The translations under genes were made by a program, and so were the position numbers. Of a stretch of 64,000 bases of DNA, positions 26,481 through 40,500 are shown one piece after another. The DNA is taken from assembly GCF_003704095.1 (NCBI RefSeq), contig NW_020844837.1, forward strand, positions 310,001 to 374,000. Reading direction: 5' to 3'. Below the pieces are notes generated by a model. The model saw only the letters and a list, made by a program, of their open reading frames with translations. It searched no databases and was not told the DNA's origin. Numbering within the stretch: the stretch's first letter is position 1; every line of letters begins with the position of its first letter. Source of the DNA: Pocillopora damicornis. Its lineage: Eukaryota.

Positions 26481-29145
26481 CCTCCACAATACTTTCCTGC
26501 TCAGCGAGCGACTTCAACACAGAGGTTTATGTTATTTCTTGGAAAGAAATGTTGAAACTTCTGAGCTACATTTACTTCCCAATCTCATAATCACGCACGC
26601 GCAAACCCCGCACGCAATCAAGACTATCGTTGCCCTTTCTTCACTAACTGCACGAAGTAACTTTTTTTTAACATAACAAAAATAAAATATATTAATAAAA
26701 AAAAAACAACAACAACAATGACTGAATAGCATCAGTACCATGATGATGAAAAAAATATGATTGCAATTGAGCTTTTCGTTAATTCAAGTCTTTTTTTAAA
26801 CATGGCCCAATTTAATTACGTGAATAAATAGCTAGTTCAACCCATAACTTCTGGATACCAGATTTTTAGCAGGACCATTAACAGTCTATTATGGGGCAAA
26901 GATGTATCGTTATGTCTTGGTTTCTTATGGTTTTAAGATACCTATAGTAAAACAACCGTTTTCTGAAGCTGCCAGACTCGAATTTCCCTAGTCAGTGTTC
27001 GCTGATCTACAACACTACGTTACAAATTCTCGAATTAACACATCATTGTGAAATAATCAACTATTAATTTTACATATGTCGTCTAAAGGCAAACCATTGA
27101 CATTTGTGGCAACTTAGACCATATAAACTTCACACTAAAATTATTCTGTCCATGCACCATTCAAGCAAACCATACTAGGAGGAGGATTGGAATAATTATA
27201 AAAATCACACTATCGAAAAAATTGTCTTGAAGGGTAGAAACAGGCGAGAGTAGAACACATAATTAGGGGTTACTGAATTTTTATTTTACTTTTGAATTAT
27301 TAATGCGGAACAAAACAAGGCGCTACAGCTTTAAATTGAATGATGGCGAGGATTCATGCTAATTTCTTGTTCGTCAAAGACCTTTCTTTTTAAAGCAGTC
27401 TGTGAATAAAATAATGAGAGTTTTTTTGGCGCTCAGTACACGCAATAAACACTCCTTCCATAACGAGGCAAGAAATATTCCAGCTGGATACCTTAGAAAC
27501 CGATTTAATCCAGTTATAGAGAGACACAATTTGCCACATCATAATGAATTTTACAAACCGCAAATCTTGTTCGTCAAAATACTTCAACAAACTGTAAATC
27601 TTTTTGTTGAAGTTTCCGACATTCTAAAAAAAACCTCAACAGACAAAACCGCCGTTTAACCAGCGTGTGTGTTTCACGAAAGAACTCTACCTTCCATTTC
27701 AATGAAGATATATTGTTTCAAAGAGGTCAAATAGGAGATTTCTTCAGTATCAAGACTGCCTTCATACCTACCTGTATGGCTAATTGTAGGCCGAATTTTG
27801 TTCACCAGATCCTTAAACGATAGTTTCCTTTCTTCCACTACCAATATCTTACGAATGTTAAAAATAAAGAGGTGATTATATTTCTGAGAAAAACAATACC
27901 GCTAAGCTTCAAAAGAGTAACACAAAAAAATTAAAAGCTTATTAGAGAGCCGGCCGCAAACACGGAACGATATGGATCCCACAACTCAGTGAATTCTTTA
28001 ATATTTCCGGATAGTTTGGTAACACTGAACATAACAAATGTTGATCAACACAAATAGGGCAAAGGTATATTGCCTAAATAGGATTGATGGGAAAAAAAGG
28101 AAACTTCACTTCTTTTACACAGGAAAATCGACAATTTCAAAATAATCCGGCAGACATTATTGAGAAAAAAATGTTTATTGCGTCACATAGGAAGACTTGG
28201 CCGGCACTCCTGTAGAGGAAACGGTATCATTCAAAACGCGCATTCCTTGCTCCTTTGACACGTTAATAGAACACGTCATTTAGAGTTTGTGAATGGTTTA
28301 TGTATGTCATTGCCGGGATTTTCAACATCCCACCACGAATTAAGAAAAACACTCGAGTCCTGCTGGTTCAAGCATGAAAATCTCTTCAAACGGTGAGAAT
28401 AATCCCACGAGTTCTGTTATCCTTCCTACTAGTAAACGATATACCTCATTATCACTAAGGACTTGAAACAACACGCTACATTGTGTGGAACGAGCGTGAT
28501 CAAAACGGACCGTACACACAAACCCGACATCTTTTGTGTCGTAAATTGTTTGCTTTGCAGACGACCGAGGCAAGTCAAACAATTCTGCTTTTGATTGGTT
28601 AATAAAACGCAGCCCAAGGTAGGTCTGCTGTAGGCCGTGTGACGCTAGAAAGTTATGAGCCGAAACTTGAAACGTGAATGAAAGTGATTTCATGCGAAAT
28701 TCCTCGATATAAAAAAAAGAAAGATCTGTTTCGTTTTAGAATTGAAGAGTCTACTGTCAGACATGAGACATCATTAAGACCACACAACAAAGACATTACT
28801 CACTAAACGACTACTAACAACTGTCTTAAAAAACAATTTGACACCATGCCACATAAGTGAGCTATCCGCGTGCGGATTGGTCTATAGAGGTGTTACGTTA
28901 CGCAAAATAGAAAGTCCTTTGAAAGGTCAATTTCCTAACTCGGGAAACGAAACACGACACGAGCTTGAGCTGCTCACCGCCTTCGATGTACACCGAACGT
29001 TCTGGGGTAGCACAGAGCAAAAGGTTATCGGTGAGCTATTGTAAATGAAAAGCAATTAAGCTGATCGGTAAATTGAAGGCAGGCTGAAAACACGTTTGAC
29101 AAAAGACAGGAAAATTGATCAGACGGACCGTGCGCGCGTGTGGTG

Positions 29146-29152
29146 TATAAAA
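29146..29152 (+). promoter_or_regulatory. TATA box of bHLH paralog 3
   Basis: TATAAAA(G) about 50 bp upstream of ATG 29199, preceded by a GC-rich element. Confidence 0.6.
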
Positions 29153-29198
29153 GCTGCTGGTGTTAGTAACAGAGTACAGTTACTTTGCGAGACGAATC

Positions 29199-29753
29199 AT
29201 GAACATGGATTATCAGCATTTTGAAGGAACAGCTCTCGAACCATATGCACATTCACCTGAAGGCTCTGCCTGCAGCTCGAGCGGGTCAGAAACAAGTTTA
29301 AGCCCGACACCATCGCCACAAGCTGCAATGTTTTACCCGCCAGGACACAGACTTACACTCTCCTACCACAATCACTGTCAGTCGTACATGAAACGACTCT
29401 ACACAAACAGCAGAGAGCGGTGGAGGCAACAACACGTTAATCTGGCGTTTGGTGAGCTAAGAAAACTACTTCCAACTTATCCACCAGAGAGGAAACTCTC
29501 TAAGAACGAAATCCTTAGACTTGCTATGAAGTACATCCGATTTCTGGACGATCTTCTCAAAGACATGGGCGACAACAGCAAGCAGAATCAAGATTCACGC
29601 GAATGTGTCTCTGACACAAAGCTCAAAGAAGAAAGACGAGAAAAAGGACAATTACACTGCAAAAGACAAACCAACTGTTCTCTTTCATTAATGGAAGGAA
29701 TGGAAACAAATGTTATCGACTCAAACGCGCCATCGATATTTGACGCGCATTAA
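29199..29753 (+). CDS. SCL/TAL1-family bHLH transcription factor, paralog 3 (intronless, ~184 aa)
   Basis: [52 protein letters not shown]. First ATG at 29199; the ORF-track GTG start at 29160 lies only 8 bp after the TATA box and is probably upstream of the TSS. AATAAA at ~30124. Confidence 0.93.
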   Translation: MNMDYQHFEGTALEPYAHSPEGSACSSSGSETSLSPTPSPQAAMFYPPGHRLTLSYHNHCQSYMKRLYTNSRERWRQQHVNLAFGELRKLLPTYPPERKLSKNEILRLAMKYIRFLDDLLKDMGDNSKQNQDSRECVSDTKLKEERREKGQLHCKRQTNCSLSLMEGMETNVIDSNAPSIFDAH

Positions 29754-32700
29754 CTTTCTCTGAAGATGTCTACATTTTACAACACGCACAGATATTTCAC
29801 ATTTTCCGTATTAACTGCGGTCTAATGTGATGATATCAGTCTAATATCTGACAAATAAGGGCCTCAGTGGAACATTGTCCACGAATTGTTGCAGACTGGA
29901 ATTGTAAATAGTGTAATTATTTCTAAGGCTGTTCTTTGTAATCGTGTTTACTGTTATCCTTTAACTTGTGTAAATAGTTTTTTCCCCGCTGTTGTGTCTA
30001 GTTTGTTTGTTTAAGAGTTAAATCGTCTCTTTATTTGTAATGCGTTAGGATGTTGAACCCTCTAAAACTATTATGTTTATCTGTCCAGAGATTTGCCATC
30101 TAAAGAAACTGAGCGCTCTAATTAATAAACACTTTCTCTGATCAAGATCTTGTCATATTGTGCTATCATCAGTATATATTTCCGCTTCTGTTTTAGTAAT
30201 TTTGGGGTTTTTAAGTAAATAAATAGCGCAAAAATTAATCGAACTAGGGTGTTAATCAAATTTTCACGCGTTGCGCGAAAACGCGCTTTAGTGGCTCACG
30301 GTTTTAAGTGAGGAGACTTGTGCACTTAAGAAATAATTCGCTGACTAATTTCACAAACAAAGAAAGCTATGTTATCTGCTTTCGTGCCAATGAAAGATCG
30401 GCTACCATTGAAAACATCAACGTACTTCATTCAAGTGTAATGTTTCTGTCTAATTCGGAGATTGTTGAGCTGATAAACTGAGTAACATTAAATTAATGAG
30501 AGATCAAGGACGGACAAATCTCTGAGAGCAAAGATCATTTTTGACAGCAAGGTCACTTGCGTCATGAAAATACTCAATAGTAACAGCTCTAAGGATTGCC
30601 AATGCACAATCTACAGCAATCTGATGAGCCGATAGCTGCGGTTTGTTTTCAAGACGCTTTAGGGGAAATAGTTTCTCTTATTTTAGGAACGATTGTTTTT
30701 CATCTATCATTTCAGTGTCCACACCTAATTTTTTGTCACACCCGTCCCCTACTGTGAGTTTGAAAATATAAGTTAACTTTTCACGTCGCAAAATTAGATC
30801 ATTTACCTTTCCATCTATCTAAAATGTCTCTGTATATAACTTCTCGTCCGGGTAAACATCACGATATACTTGCACTAGGAGGCTACACGTTTATTGTGAT
30901 TTGGAGTCAAAAAAAAAATTCGTACCTCACATTCAGTCGTTAATACACCATTAACATTACGTTAAACAAACTGCACTTCTATTTAAAAAGAAATATGCAC
31001 TAAAAGCAATCAGTTTATTTAGACTTGTCGAGGTTAACACTTGAATATTCACAAAAGGAAAACAGAAATCAGTTTGCACGTAAAATAACAAACTAACAAC
31101 ATGAAATCAGACTTTGTAACAAAAATAAAAGTTAACGCAGCGAACAAAACTAACCGCAAATCACCGTGAAGGATACGGAAATAGCTGCGATTAACCTCCA
31201 CCTTGGTGTTAAATTCCCCATAACAACTTTTCAATAACAAACAGGAGGAATTCTAAAACCTTACTGAATGTCTAATACAAACAAACAAGAGAGAATTATT
31301 AACACATGTGTAGTTTGTGGGCCGGGCGGAAGAGCGCCCCAGGCGACCGAGAACGTGCACGTCTTCATTGAGTGGGATGGCCGATGAAACGGGAGGTGCT
31401 GACAACTGGTAAAACGGTGAAAAATGAGCTAACGCGCTTGCTTTTACAAACAGCTGGAATACATTTGAAAACTGACAGTAACCCTGCGTTTTGGGTAACT
31501 AACATGAGAGAGCTTAACCCCATTATCTATTTCACTCTCTGTATTGGTCTCATAATGGTAGCCATCAGTGCCATTACAAGCTATGTTAAATACAAAATTT
31601 TGCCAGCGACGAACATTTGTTTTATACGATATTTTCACTCTGAGGTTTGAGGAAAATACCCAAACGATCACTAATAATGATTTTTTTTATATTCTGGAAT
31701 ACCGAGGAAGTTAAATAATGTATGCGAAATAAAGAGATAGGATTTACTCCGGTGATAAGCTTTTTCGTTCCGGCTTAGAACGCGTCCGTTACAAAAGATA
31801 AACATACTTTTTTCCGAAATATCTTAAGAACACGACAAGTAAACTGCGCGCTGTACTGTCTCATTACAACCGTATATCCTATCCAGCCTTTACCTAAAAC
31901 CTCAAGCAAATATCAAACTCTTGAACTACTTCCAACTCGAACGACTTTTTGATGTCTTGCAATTTCTACAAAGAGAGAGCATACAGTATTATCGTTTTTT
32001 TTTTCCACCCATTGTGTTCCCCCCTTATCTTAAGCACGACAGTTGAAAATAACTTTCACACCACTATGGCAATCCTTTTACCTGTTGAATTTCCAAGATT
32101 TCCGAGCAATTTTAGGCGTAATAAGAGGTACAACAGGCGGTATATTTCACTGGTAACCGCTTGAAAAAAGAAAACACTACACCTACCCATTAAAATAACG
32201 AGGTATTATAAACAATCTCTAGTATATTTACATACAGCTGTTTGAAGGAAATACTGAAGGATTTAAAGTAAATAAAAAGCTTAGACATCATTAACGCATA
32301 TCAAGGGTTTATAGTTATTATTGCTGCGTTCTTATTTTCTCGATGTCCTATCGCAAACGAAATACAATATTTCTTCACCTAAATTGTAAAATCTTCGAAG
32401 GCGGAGTTTGTCTCCCAAGAAAATTCAACAAAATCTTATTCAACACTGCATCGGAGTATCAATGTATCTGTGCTTGAGTAAGAATTCACTGACTATCCTC
32501 CGACAAAAGAGCAGTAGATGTAAAAATATAAGATAAGCAACGGAAATTACTGCTATTATAAAGGATTAAAAGAAGCGAAATGTTTCTCCGGGCGGCTGGA
32601 AAAAGAAAACAACAGCTGTTTTGTATTTTTGAGACGGTTAAAAATAACTTGCGCGAGAAAAAAAAAATCTTTTACCAGGTCATCACCCCTTTCATGCGCA

Positions 32701-34589
32701 CATTGTTTGTCTGGTATATTCAGAGGAAATACAGAAACAGCAACTATACTTAGTCAATAAAACACAAAATGTGGCTGGTGCGTCTTTGTTTCATCGCCCG
32801 ACACTTTTGTTTAAGCACGCGACTCTATTTGTGTTCCTGTGTGTATTAGCTTCTGTTCAATTGAGTTGCATTGATAATTTTGGCCATGGTTACTAAACTC
32901 CTAGAAAGCTATTCAATATCATTTCCTTTGTTTCATTGGCATTGTTCCTTTAATAATTACTTTGAGCCTAAAAGGAAATTTATCAACACAAATGTGTCGT
33001 TGGTTTTTTGTTTCGCGGCCAAAGTGGGCGGAAAGTTGAATAAAATTACTCCTATCTAAGAATTTCAAATTCACACACCTACACACTGAGCAACGAGAAA
33101 AATACTCAAAAAGGGAGATTATCTCTCTTGGGTAAACTTAAATGTCACGTGGAAGTGTCTTAAGGAAAATCTCATAACACTTAGAATTATAGTTTACTTC
33201 CTTGCTTAGGAAAGTTTGGATCGAGTTAAGAGTGGTGAATTGTGAAGCAAAATGAAAAAAAACATATTTGGGTCTCAGAGGTCTCTATCAAAAAGATATT
33301 CATGGCCCAATTCACAGCTCTAGGTATGAACAACAACTATTTCCAGCATGTCAACTAAAACTTTATCCAAACGATAGCCTTCATTTGAGAAGACTTTTGG
33401 CAGGGATATTGCGGGCACTTTCCGCTTAACTAATTAACTCGCCCACGCATGTACATCTTGAGCAGAAGGATGTAAAATCAATTATTATTAACTTAACCTA
33501 TAAGGAAATTGCCGATTATAGCGCTAATGAGACTAACGGCGAGCAGAGATAAACACTAATGGAGTTTGCGGGACAGATTTGCCGTGAAAAACTGCTCTAC
33601 ACCAAAGCATTTTTTATTTATTTATTTTAGAAATGTATCAAACTTAAAAAAAAACACCAAATCTTAAAGTCCATCTAATATTTTCGCTTGCACGCTATTG
33701 GTCTGAACAAGTCACGAGTTCCCTTGCACGTTATTGGTCTCAACAAGTCACTTGCAGACCAAGGACTGGAAAATAATCACGTCCTTCGCAGTCAAAGGTT
33801 TTGACGAACTCTGTTCTTAATCTGCTTCGTATTAAATCTTATTGTTTGAGGGTAAGCTGTTCGTTATTGGCTGTTTATTACTTTAACCTTAACGCAAAGT
33901 AAAAATACACGAGATGGTTGTTAAACTTCGTTTTAGCTTAGCTTCAACCATATTTCACAATATTTGAAAGAGGAAAGAAGCTCTTACGTCCTAAGAATGA
34001 TCAGAATCAAATTTCTCCTAAAATATTAGCATAGGATCACTAGTTAAGGTCATGAAAATTAATTAAATGATCGGTAAGACCTTTAATACATATCAATTAT
34101 TGTCGCAAGACAATGTATGCAGACCACTGAGGTTATATCATATGTAAACTGTAGAGCCTAAAGGATTGGGGAACTTGGAATTCAGTGATATAATAGACAA
34201 CCGTTTATGTGTTCTCCACAGTGGATATTTCTTCATCGATTGTTTTCCATTCAAAACTGTCATGAAAACTATTTATCTCTCAGCATAAATTAATCAATTT
34301 TCAGCCGATCTTGACCACCGCTGTCATAAATCAGAGCAGTTATTCTTAAAAGCTGCAACTTGCCACTCTCGTGTGATTTGAACATCACCAACAAAAAGAA
34401 ACATTCTTCATCTACTGAAGAACAAAGGCCTTCTTTGGTTGTAACCTTGAGCCAATGATATTGTCCGAAACCGGCGTTATGTCTGAGAAAGCTTGGCAGT
34501 TTTCGATTGGTACAAGGATCACCAAAAACCGGCGCTTGTCCCGTGGAATGTTTTACTTACAAGTAGTCCAAGGAGGTTTTCTAAAGGTG

Positions 34590-37500
34590 CTACCTTCGTT
34601 TCTCTTTCATTGCCTTTTTACTCGCTTCTCTTCGTCTTTTGTTGATGGGATTTCGTGGATCAAATATTTCATATGTATCTTCGTTTTCAATGTAAGCATC
34701 CCGAGCTCGTTTGCTCTCAGCTTCGCACTTCAACGAATGAAACATCCTAGAAAAATACACCAAAGGCACCAATCAAACTCATGTTAAAGATGATGGATCA
34801 ATGTCAATATCCAATCAACTGCACACCCGCCCTCCCCTCCCCTCCCCTAACCCAACAATAGTCAACTGATAACAAGTTAGGGTTAATGTTTGGTAAGGGG
34901 TGGAGTAGGTGTGCATTTGTTCAGATACTGACATGGGAGAGATCCTGACACGGGATGAGAGTTTCTAAAACGTTTAGAGCGTTATAGAGCCCTTAGTCAG
35001 AACGTTAGCCTTTCGCTATAACGAACAGCTAACGCTCCAAACGTCAGCTTCAGAAACTCTCTTTGGTGGCCAATTTATATCATTAACTCAATTGATCAAA
35101 TCAAAGTATTATGTTGTTGACTTCTTCGGTTTTGTTTTGTGTTTTTGTTCTCTTACCACCCAGTGTCATCATCTTGGTTTTCTTCGTCTTTTTCAATGTC
35201 TTTTCCTTCGTTTTCATCTCTCTCTTGTTCTCCTTCAACATTATCAAGTTTGGATGCAAATGACGCCAAAAGAGAAAGGGTCTGCAAATAAAGAAAAATA
35301 GTTACACTCGTCTTATCACATTTGAAAATATGTAAAACTACCTTCAGCTCGAACAAAACCGCAAAATATTAGTTCGGAGAGACAGAAGGACACAAGAGAA
35401 GAAGTAAAGCACCATGAAGAAACAAGAATTGTTACGGAAGGAAGAGATGAATACGGATGACAACATTGAAACATTTAGGCTACATTTTTCAAGATGGACC
35501 AAATAGAACACAGCTCCTATACAACAAGGATTTGCTTAAGCCAGTTTCAACCTTTATGGGAGTAAACACCAAAATTATCGGTGTCATCGGACAAGTCTAA
35601 AAAAGCCAATAATTAAGACTACCAACAGCCGCTTTTATTCCTCTTAAACCAAACACTAACGAAAGACGAAAGCGAGTGACAAATGATGATAGTGCGAAAC
35701 TTGCAAAAGGTTAAAATAACTTTTCCATAAGCGGATGCCGTCGGTTTAATGGGAGGCTGTGCTCGGAAAAAGGGCTGTAAGGCGAAACCCAAAACACGAG
35801 GGCCTGCTCGCAGGCTCAACAGACGGCGGTAAGAGTCTTGTAGGGGGTACTACTACCCCTGTAGGCGGCGGTAGACCGCTGGACACCAGCCTCTATTGAA
35901 ACCTCTGAACCTAGTGGTGATTGTGCTCAGTTAGCCAAAATAAACTATTGATTTATTATCAGTGCTGTTGGCTTCGTTGTGTATTCATTTCGTGATATAA
36001 TACCTGTTCATCTCTCCCTTCTCCTTTTCTTTTCTGGCTCGTTTTCTTTTTTTCAAGATACGTTTTTTGCTCAGCATGGAAAGCGGCCAAGACATCGGAT
36101 TCTTTGGTCTCTATCAAAAATCAAAATTAAAATGACAAAAAAATCATTTTATAGGGGCTCGTTGATTTTACGCTTAATGAGGCGTAAAAGTTCCCCCTCT
36201 AACAACATAGGTGTAATTTATTCTGATTCTTTGTCCCGTTTTGACATTTTCATAGGATGGATGTTTTCACTGGCATGCCTTCTCCATCTGTAAACTAGCT
36301 TTGTAAAGAAACTCATTAANNNNNNNNNNNNNNNNNNNNNNNNNNNNNNNNNNNNNNNNNNNNNNNNNNNNNNNNNNNNNNNNNNNNNNNNNNNNNNNNN
36401 NNNNNNNNNNNNNNNNNNNNNNNNNNNNNNNNNNNNNNNNNNNNNNNNNNNNNNNNAATGGAGAATTGACCCGAGAGAAGCTTTATTCGAGGGTAATAAA
36501 GAATCTTTATATTTCAGACTTCTCCTTACGCCTTCTTAAATTTCATCGCATGAATTCACTGTCTTGTGCTTTATAACAGAGTTAAATCAAGAAGCCGATT
36601 GTGCACCGTACTATGATTACTAACATTTCGGAGACTGGCCATGTTTAAATTTTAGTTGCCTTGAGCAGAAGAAGTGAGTCTATTGATGCTAAGTGGCAGC
36701 TTGTAAAATGTGTAACGTAAAGTTTTTCTTTAATTTTTTTGGTGTGTTTGTATCTTCGTATCTTTCCGAAATAGGGGCCGAAAGAAGAGCCGCTACTTAA
36801 GAGGGAAGCCGATAAGAGAACAACCACGACAGACTTTATTTTCTAAACGCAGAAATCTAGTAGAAATCACGAGGTTTATTTTCGCGAAGAAACAATGAGG
36901 TAAAAGGAAAAAAAAACTTCGAATGGTCTTAATTTGACGTGTAAAATCTGCTCTCATTCTTTCCCTCCTTTTCTATCTTATAGACTATCTCAAATGTCAT
37001 TTTTCCCTTTCCGTTATGTCTGATCGTCAAGTATATCGTTGTTTTTTTTTTTATCTTTAATTATGAATTTTTTTTGCCCGCCTAGACTGGCACTGGCTAC
37101 GCACGAGCCAGGAGAAAATTGCCAATCGTCTTCAGAAAATTTGTAAATGCTCATACAAGTGTTCATACCAGTGGAACTTTCTTCTTTTTCAGTTTTCTCA
37201 GTTTTTGACTCCATCAGTTCTCGCTTCAGTCTTTTATATTCAGCACGGGAGGAAGAAATCTTGGATTGCGGTTCCTCTTCTTCTTTGCTAGCAAGAGAGT
37301 TAAAAGAACGCAAAAAGTATAGCTATTGTTTTGTGTTCGTTCCTGCCCTTGAGCATAACACTCGTTTCGCGCTCGCCTCTTGTACGCAAAAGAAGAAAAA
37401 CGTGTGACGCTAGTTAAAGGCAGGAATAATGGGCATTTTTCAGCCACCGAACTATTCAACATGATTAATAACTATGGGCATCACCTACAGGGACGCCCTC

Positions 37501-40500
37501 ATTACAAGAGCAGCCTTTAGACTCTTTACGTTGGTCAATTTACGATTACAATTTCAACTCAGTTGTTAACACTAAATTGCCTCATTATAAGGGCTCGGGC
37601 ACAAAGGTTCCTTCACTTGCGGGAAATTATGAAGCCTTGAGCTACGCGAACCCATGAGAGGTCTGCAAGGGGTCTAGCTCTGAGAATTTTGTAGATGATC
37701 ATTTCCCTTATTCTCACGAACTTAATGATTTAATCAGGGGTGATCTTGTAAGGAGAAATAAGATGTCAGTCACTCTTAGGCGTTAAAGTGTCAATAACTC
37801 TGGGCAGCTGTTTCATGTCAGACTCAGTATTTTTTCATTTGCCTATAAAAGAGCCCAGAGTCAAGTAGTGACGACCCTTTTTGTTTACTAACCTGGTTTC
37901 TAATCGTTCTTTTGTTTTCTTTCTATCACTATCATCCTCATCTTCCTCTGCTTTCCTTTTCTTCAGTTTATTTCGCACCTTGTCTCGCATATCTGCGTCA
38001 AAATCCCGTCCATCGGTATTCTATAGGCATAAACAATCATATTAAAAATGATTCAATCATCCCCCTCAATCTTTCACTGCTGGAATGAAGTGCTGTTGAA
38101 TAAGTCAACAGCCAAAATAAGTCAAAATATGTTCACTGAAGGGAAAAAAATGAGGACGTCACTCCTTGGGGTCTTGAATTGAAAATGAATACCAACAATT
38201 AATTAGGCAACAGTAATAACAAAATGGTTAACAGAGTGTACCGTATATCAGAACGACAAGAAGATTTGTGATCAATGTTAGTACCTTAACAAATGTGCAC
38301 CTACCCCTCCCTTACCCAACATTACCCCTACCTTGTTATCAGTTGACTCTTGTTGGGTTAGGGGAGGGGTAGGTGCACAGTTGCTTAGATACTGACATTG
38401 TTCAGAGATTCGATTAGGAGGATAAATTGTCCAGTAACTATCTATTCTACAAAGTGTTTAAAATGAGTTATACAGAACAACCAAACCTAAAATACATACC
38501 TCCTCATCACTGTCATCATCTAGGCCTTTACTATTGGATTTCTCCTTTTTCTAAAAAAGTCGGGATGCTTGTTCATTAATTAAGAATTTCTGTAATTAAT
38601 TAGTGGGGAAAGGTTCGTTATTTCTTAAATAATCACCTTTGCATCTTTTGAAAAATCATTCTACTTTCCTTCAGAAAAATCAGGGTCACTCAAAAGTTCA
38701 AGAAGACCACAAAACAACAATGAGTTCTATAACAAGTAATAGGAAAGTAGAATCCCCCAGAGGGTGAGTGGCATGTGGTGGGTGGAGAATTTTGGACATG
38801 AATAAAGGGGGTAAGCTTTTAGAGAAACTGTGGTGCTGAGGTGGTGCGGGTAATATGAGATAATTTGGTTTTATCAACTGATTTGATGATGTAATTTGGC
38901 CACCATACAGAGTTTCTATAGCTGATGTTTTGAATGTCAGCCCCTTGTCAGAGTAAGAGCTTTACAGCATTTTGGACATGGGTTGATTCAAGGTGACTGC
39001 TAACATGCAAACAACAAAATTGCCAGACATGGTGTGAAGAGCAGAATAAATACATGTAATACTTTCAAGTGTCAATTATTAATTATCCTCTAAAAATTGC
39101 AGGATATTTGCAGACATATATCAATGATACCTTTACTGAAGAAATTGTATTTTCAACAGCAGGTTGTTTACTCAGTTTTGGATCATTCAACAAATCATGA
39201 CTGCTTTTCATCTTTAATGTCTGAAATAATAGAAAAAAGAAAGTAAATTCAAATCAGTTGTAATAATAATCAACTTCGGAGGAAGCAAACCAATGGGTAA
39301 GATGGACTCCCTCCTCAAAGTTGTGAGTTTTTATAGAAACCAGTGCTACGTCATTTGGCAAGTGAAACCCCCTACTACAATTGATAATCTTGCAGTAAAC
39401 ATATACCATGGGGAATTTTGATAATCCCATTTCTGCCCCTTAGCTGGGAGTTTCAATAAAAGCAAGTTACCAGAGGTTTATCACCACTTGTAGGACCTCT
39501 CACCACTGTCTGTATAGCCTGCAAGTAGGTTCATGTTTGGGTGTTGCCTTACAGCCCTTTTTCTGGGGCACAGCCACCCAGTACACTATTAGCAGTCACT
39601 TATGGAAACAGTTATTGAAATCCCTGTATTAGCACTTCATATGCCTTTTGAGTTTCTTTGCTCTGAAGAGCTACCTCAGAAATTTCAGCTTTTTAAAATT
39701 TGCTTTAAAAGGTTATCTTCCTTATAAGATAGAGCTTTTTCAATTGAGTGTCGGAAGAAATCTAGGATTTCTTTGGGTTTCACTCAACTTTGCTTCTGTG
39801 ATTGGTCCAGAAAACTTGTACCATCTTCTCAAAGTAAAAACAATCATGATTTAGTCATTCACATGCTTCAAGCAGTTTGCTTGTTTTCACTGAGTTTTCA
39901 TTGGCTAATTTTCTGCTTGGTCACTGGGATTACCTTGGTTTTGGCTTTTGGACGCTCAATTGAAAACTGCTCTACTAGCTGGGAATTAACCTTTTAACTC
40001 TCAGATCAAATTTGTAATTCTTGTTACTGTCAGTCATACAATTCTTTTAAAGTTAGTTCAGAGAATTTAGTAAATTGCCAGTATCAACTACCGGTAATTA
40101 TCCCCAAATTTATACTTTTCTTTTTTCTCATCACTTATCTGATTGATATTGTATCAATATTGTAAGGAGAAATTCAGTCTTGGTCACTCATGAGAGTTAA
40201 AGGGTTAACTACTAATAAGTGAGTGTTTCACTTTACTAGCCTGGAGTGGTCAAAATCTAGAGTCTCCTTAAAATGACAATATTCTCACAGAAAATAAAAT
40301 GAGGTGAAACAATGGAAAACAGAAAACAAAATTTGTCAACTGAAAGTAGTAATAGAGTGTGATGTAATTATTACAAATTTCTCTTTATCCTCTGGCCCCT
40401 AATTGTGATTAGCATCTGGTTTCTCCTTACAATATCACCCCTAAATCACACTTAAAGGTCACAAGAATAAAGGAAATGATCACCAACTAAAGTAGCTCTT

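Noticed and set aside
39121-39130. CWC27 donor GTATCA as a possible U12-type intron
   Set aside because: Does not match the GTATCCTT consensus; treated as an ordinary U2 intron.
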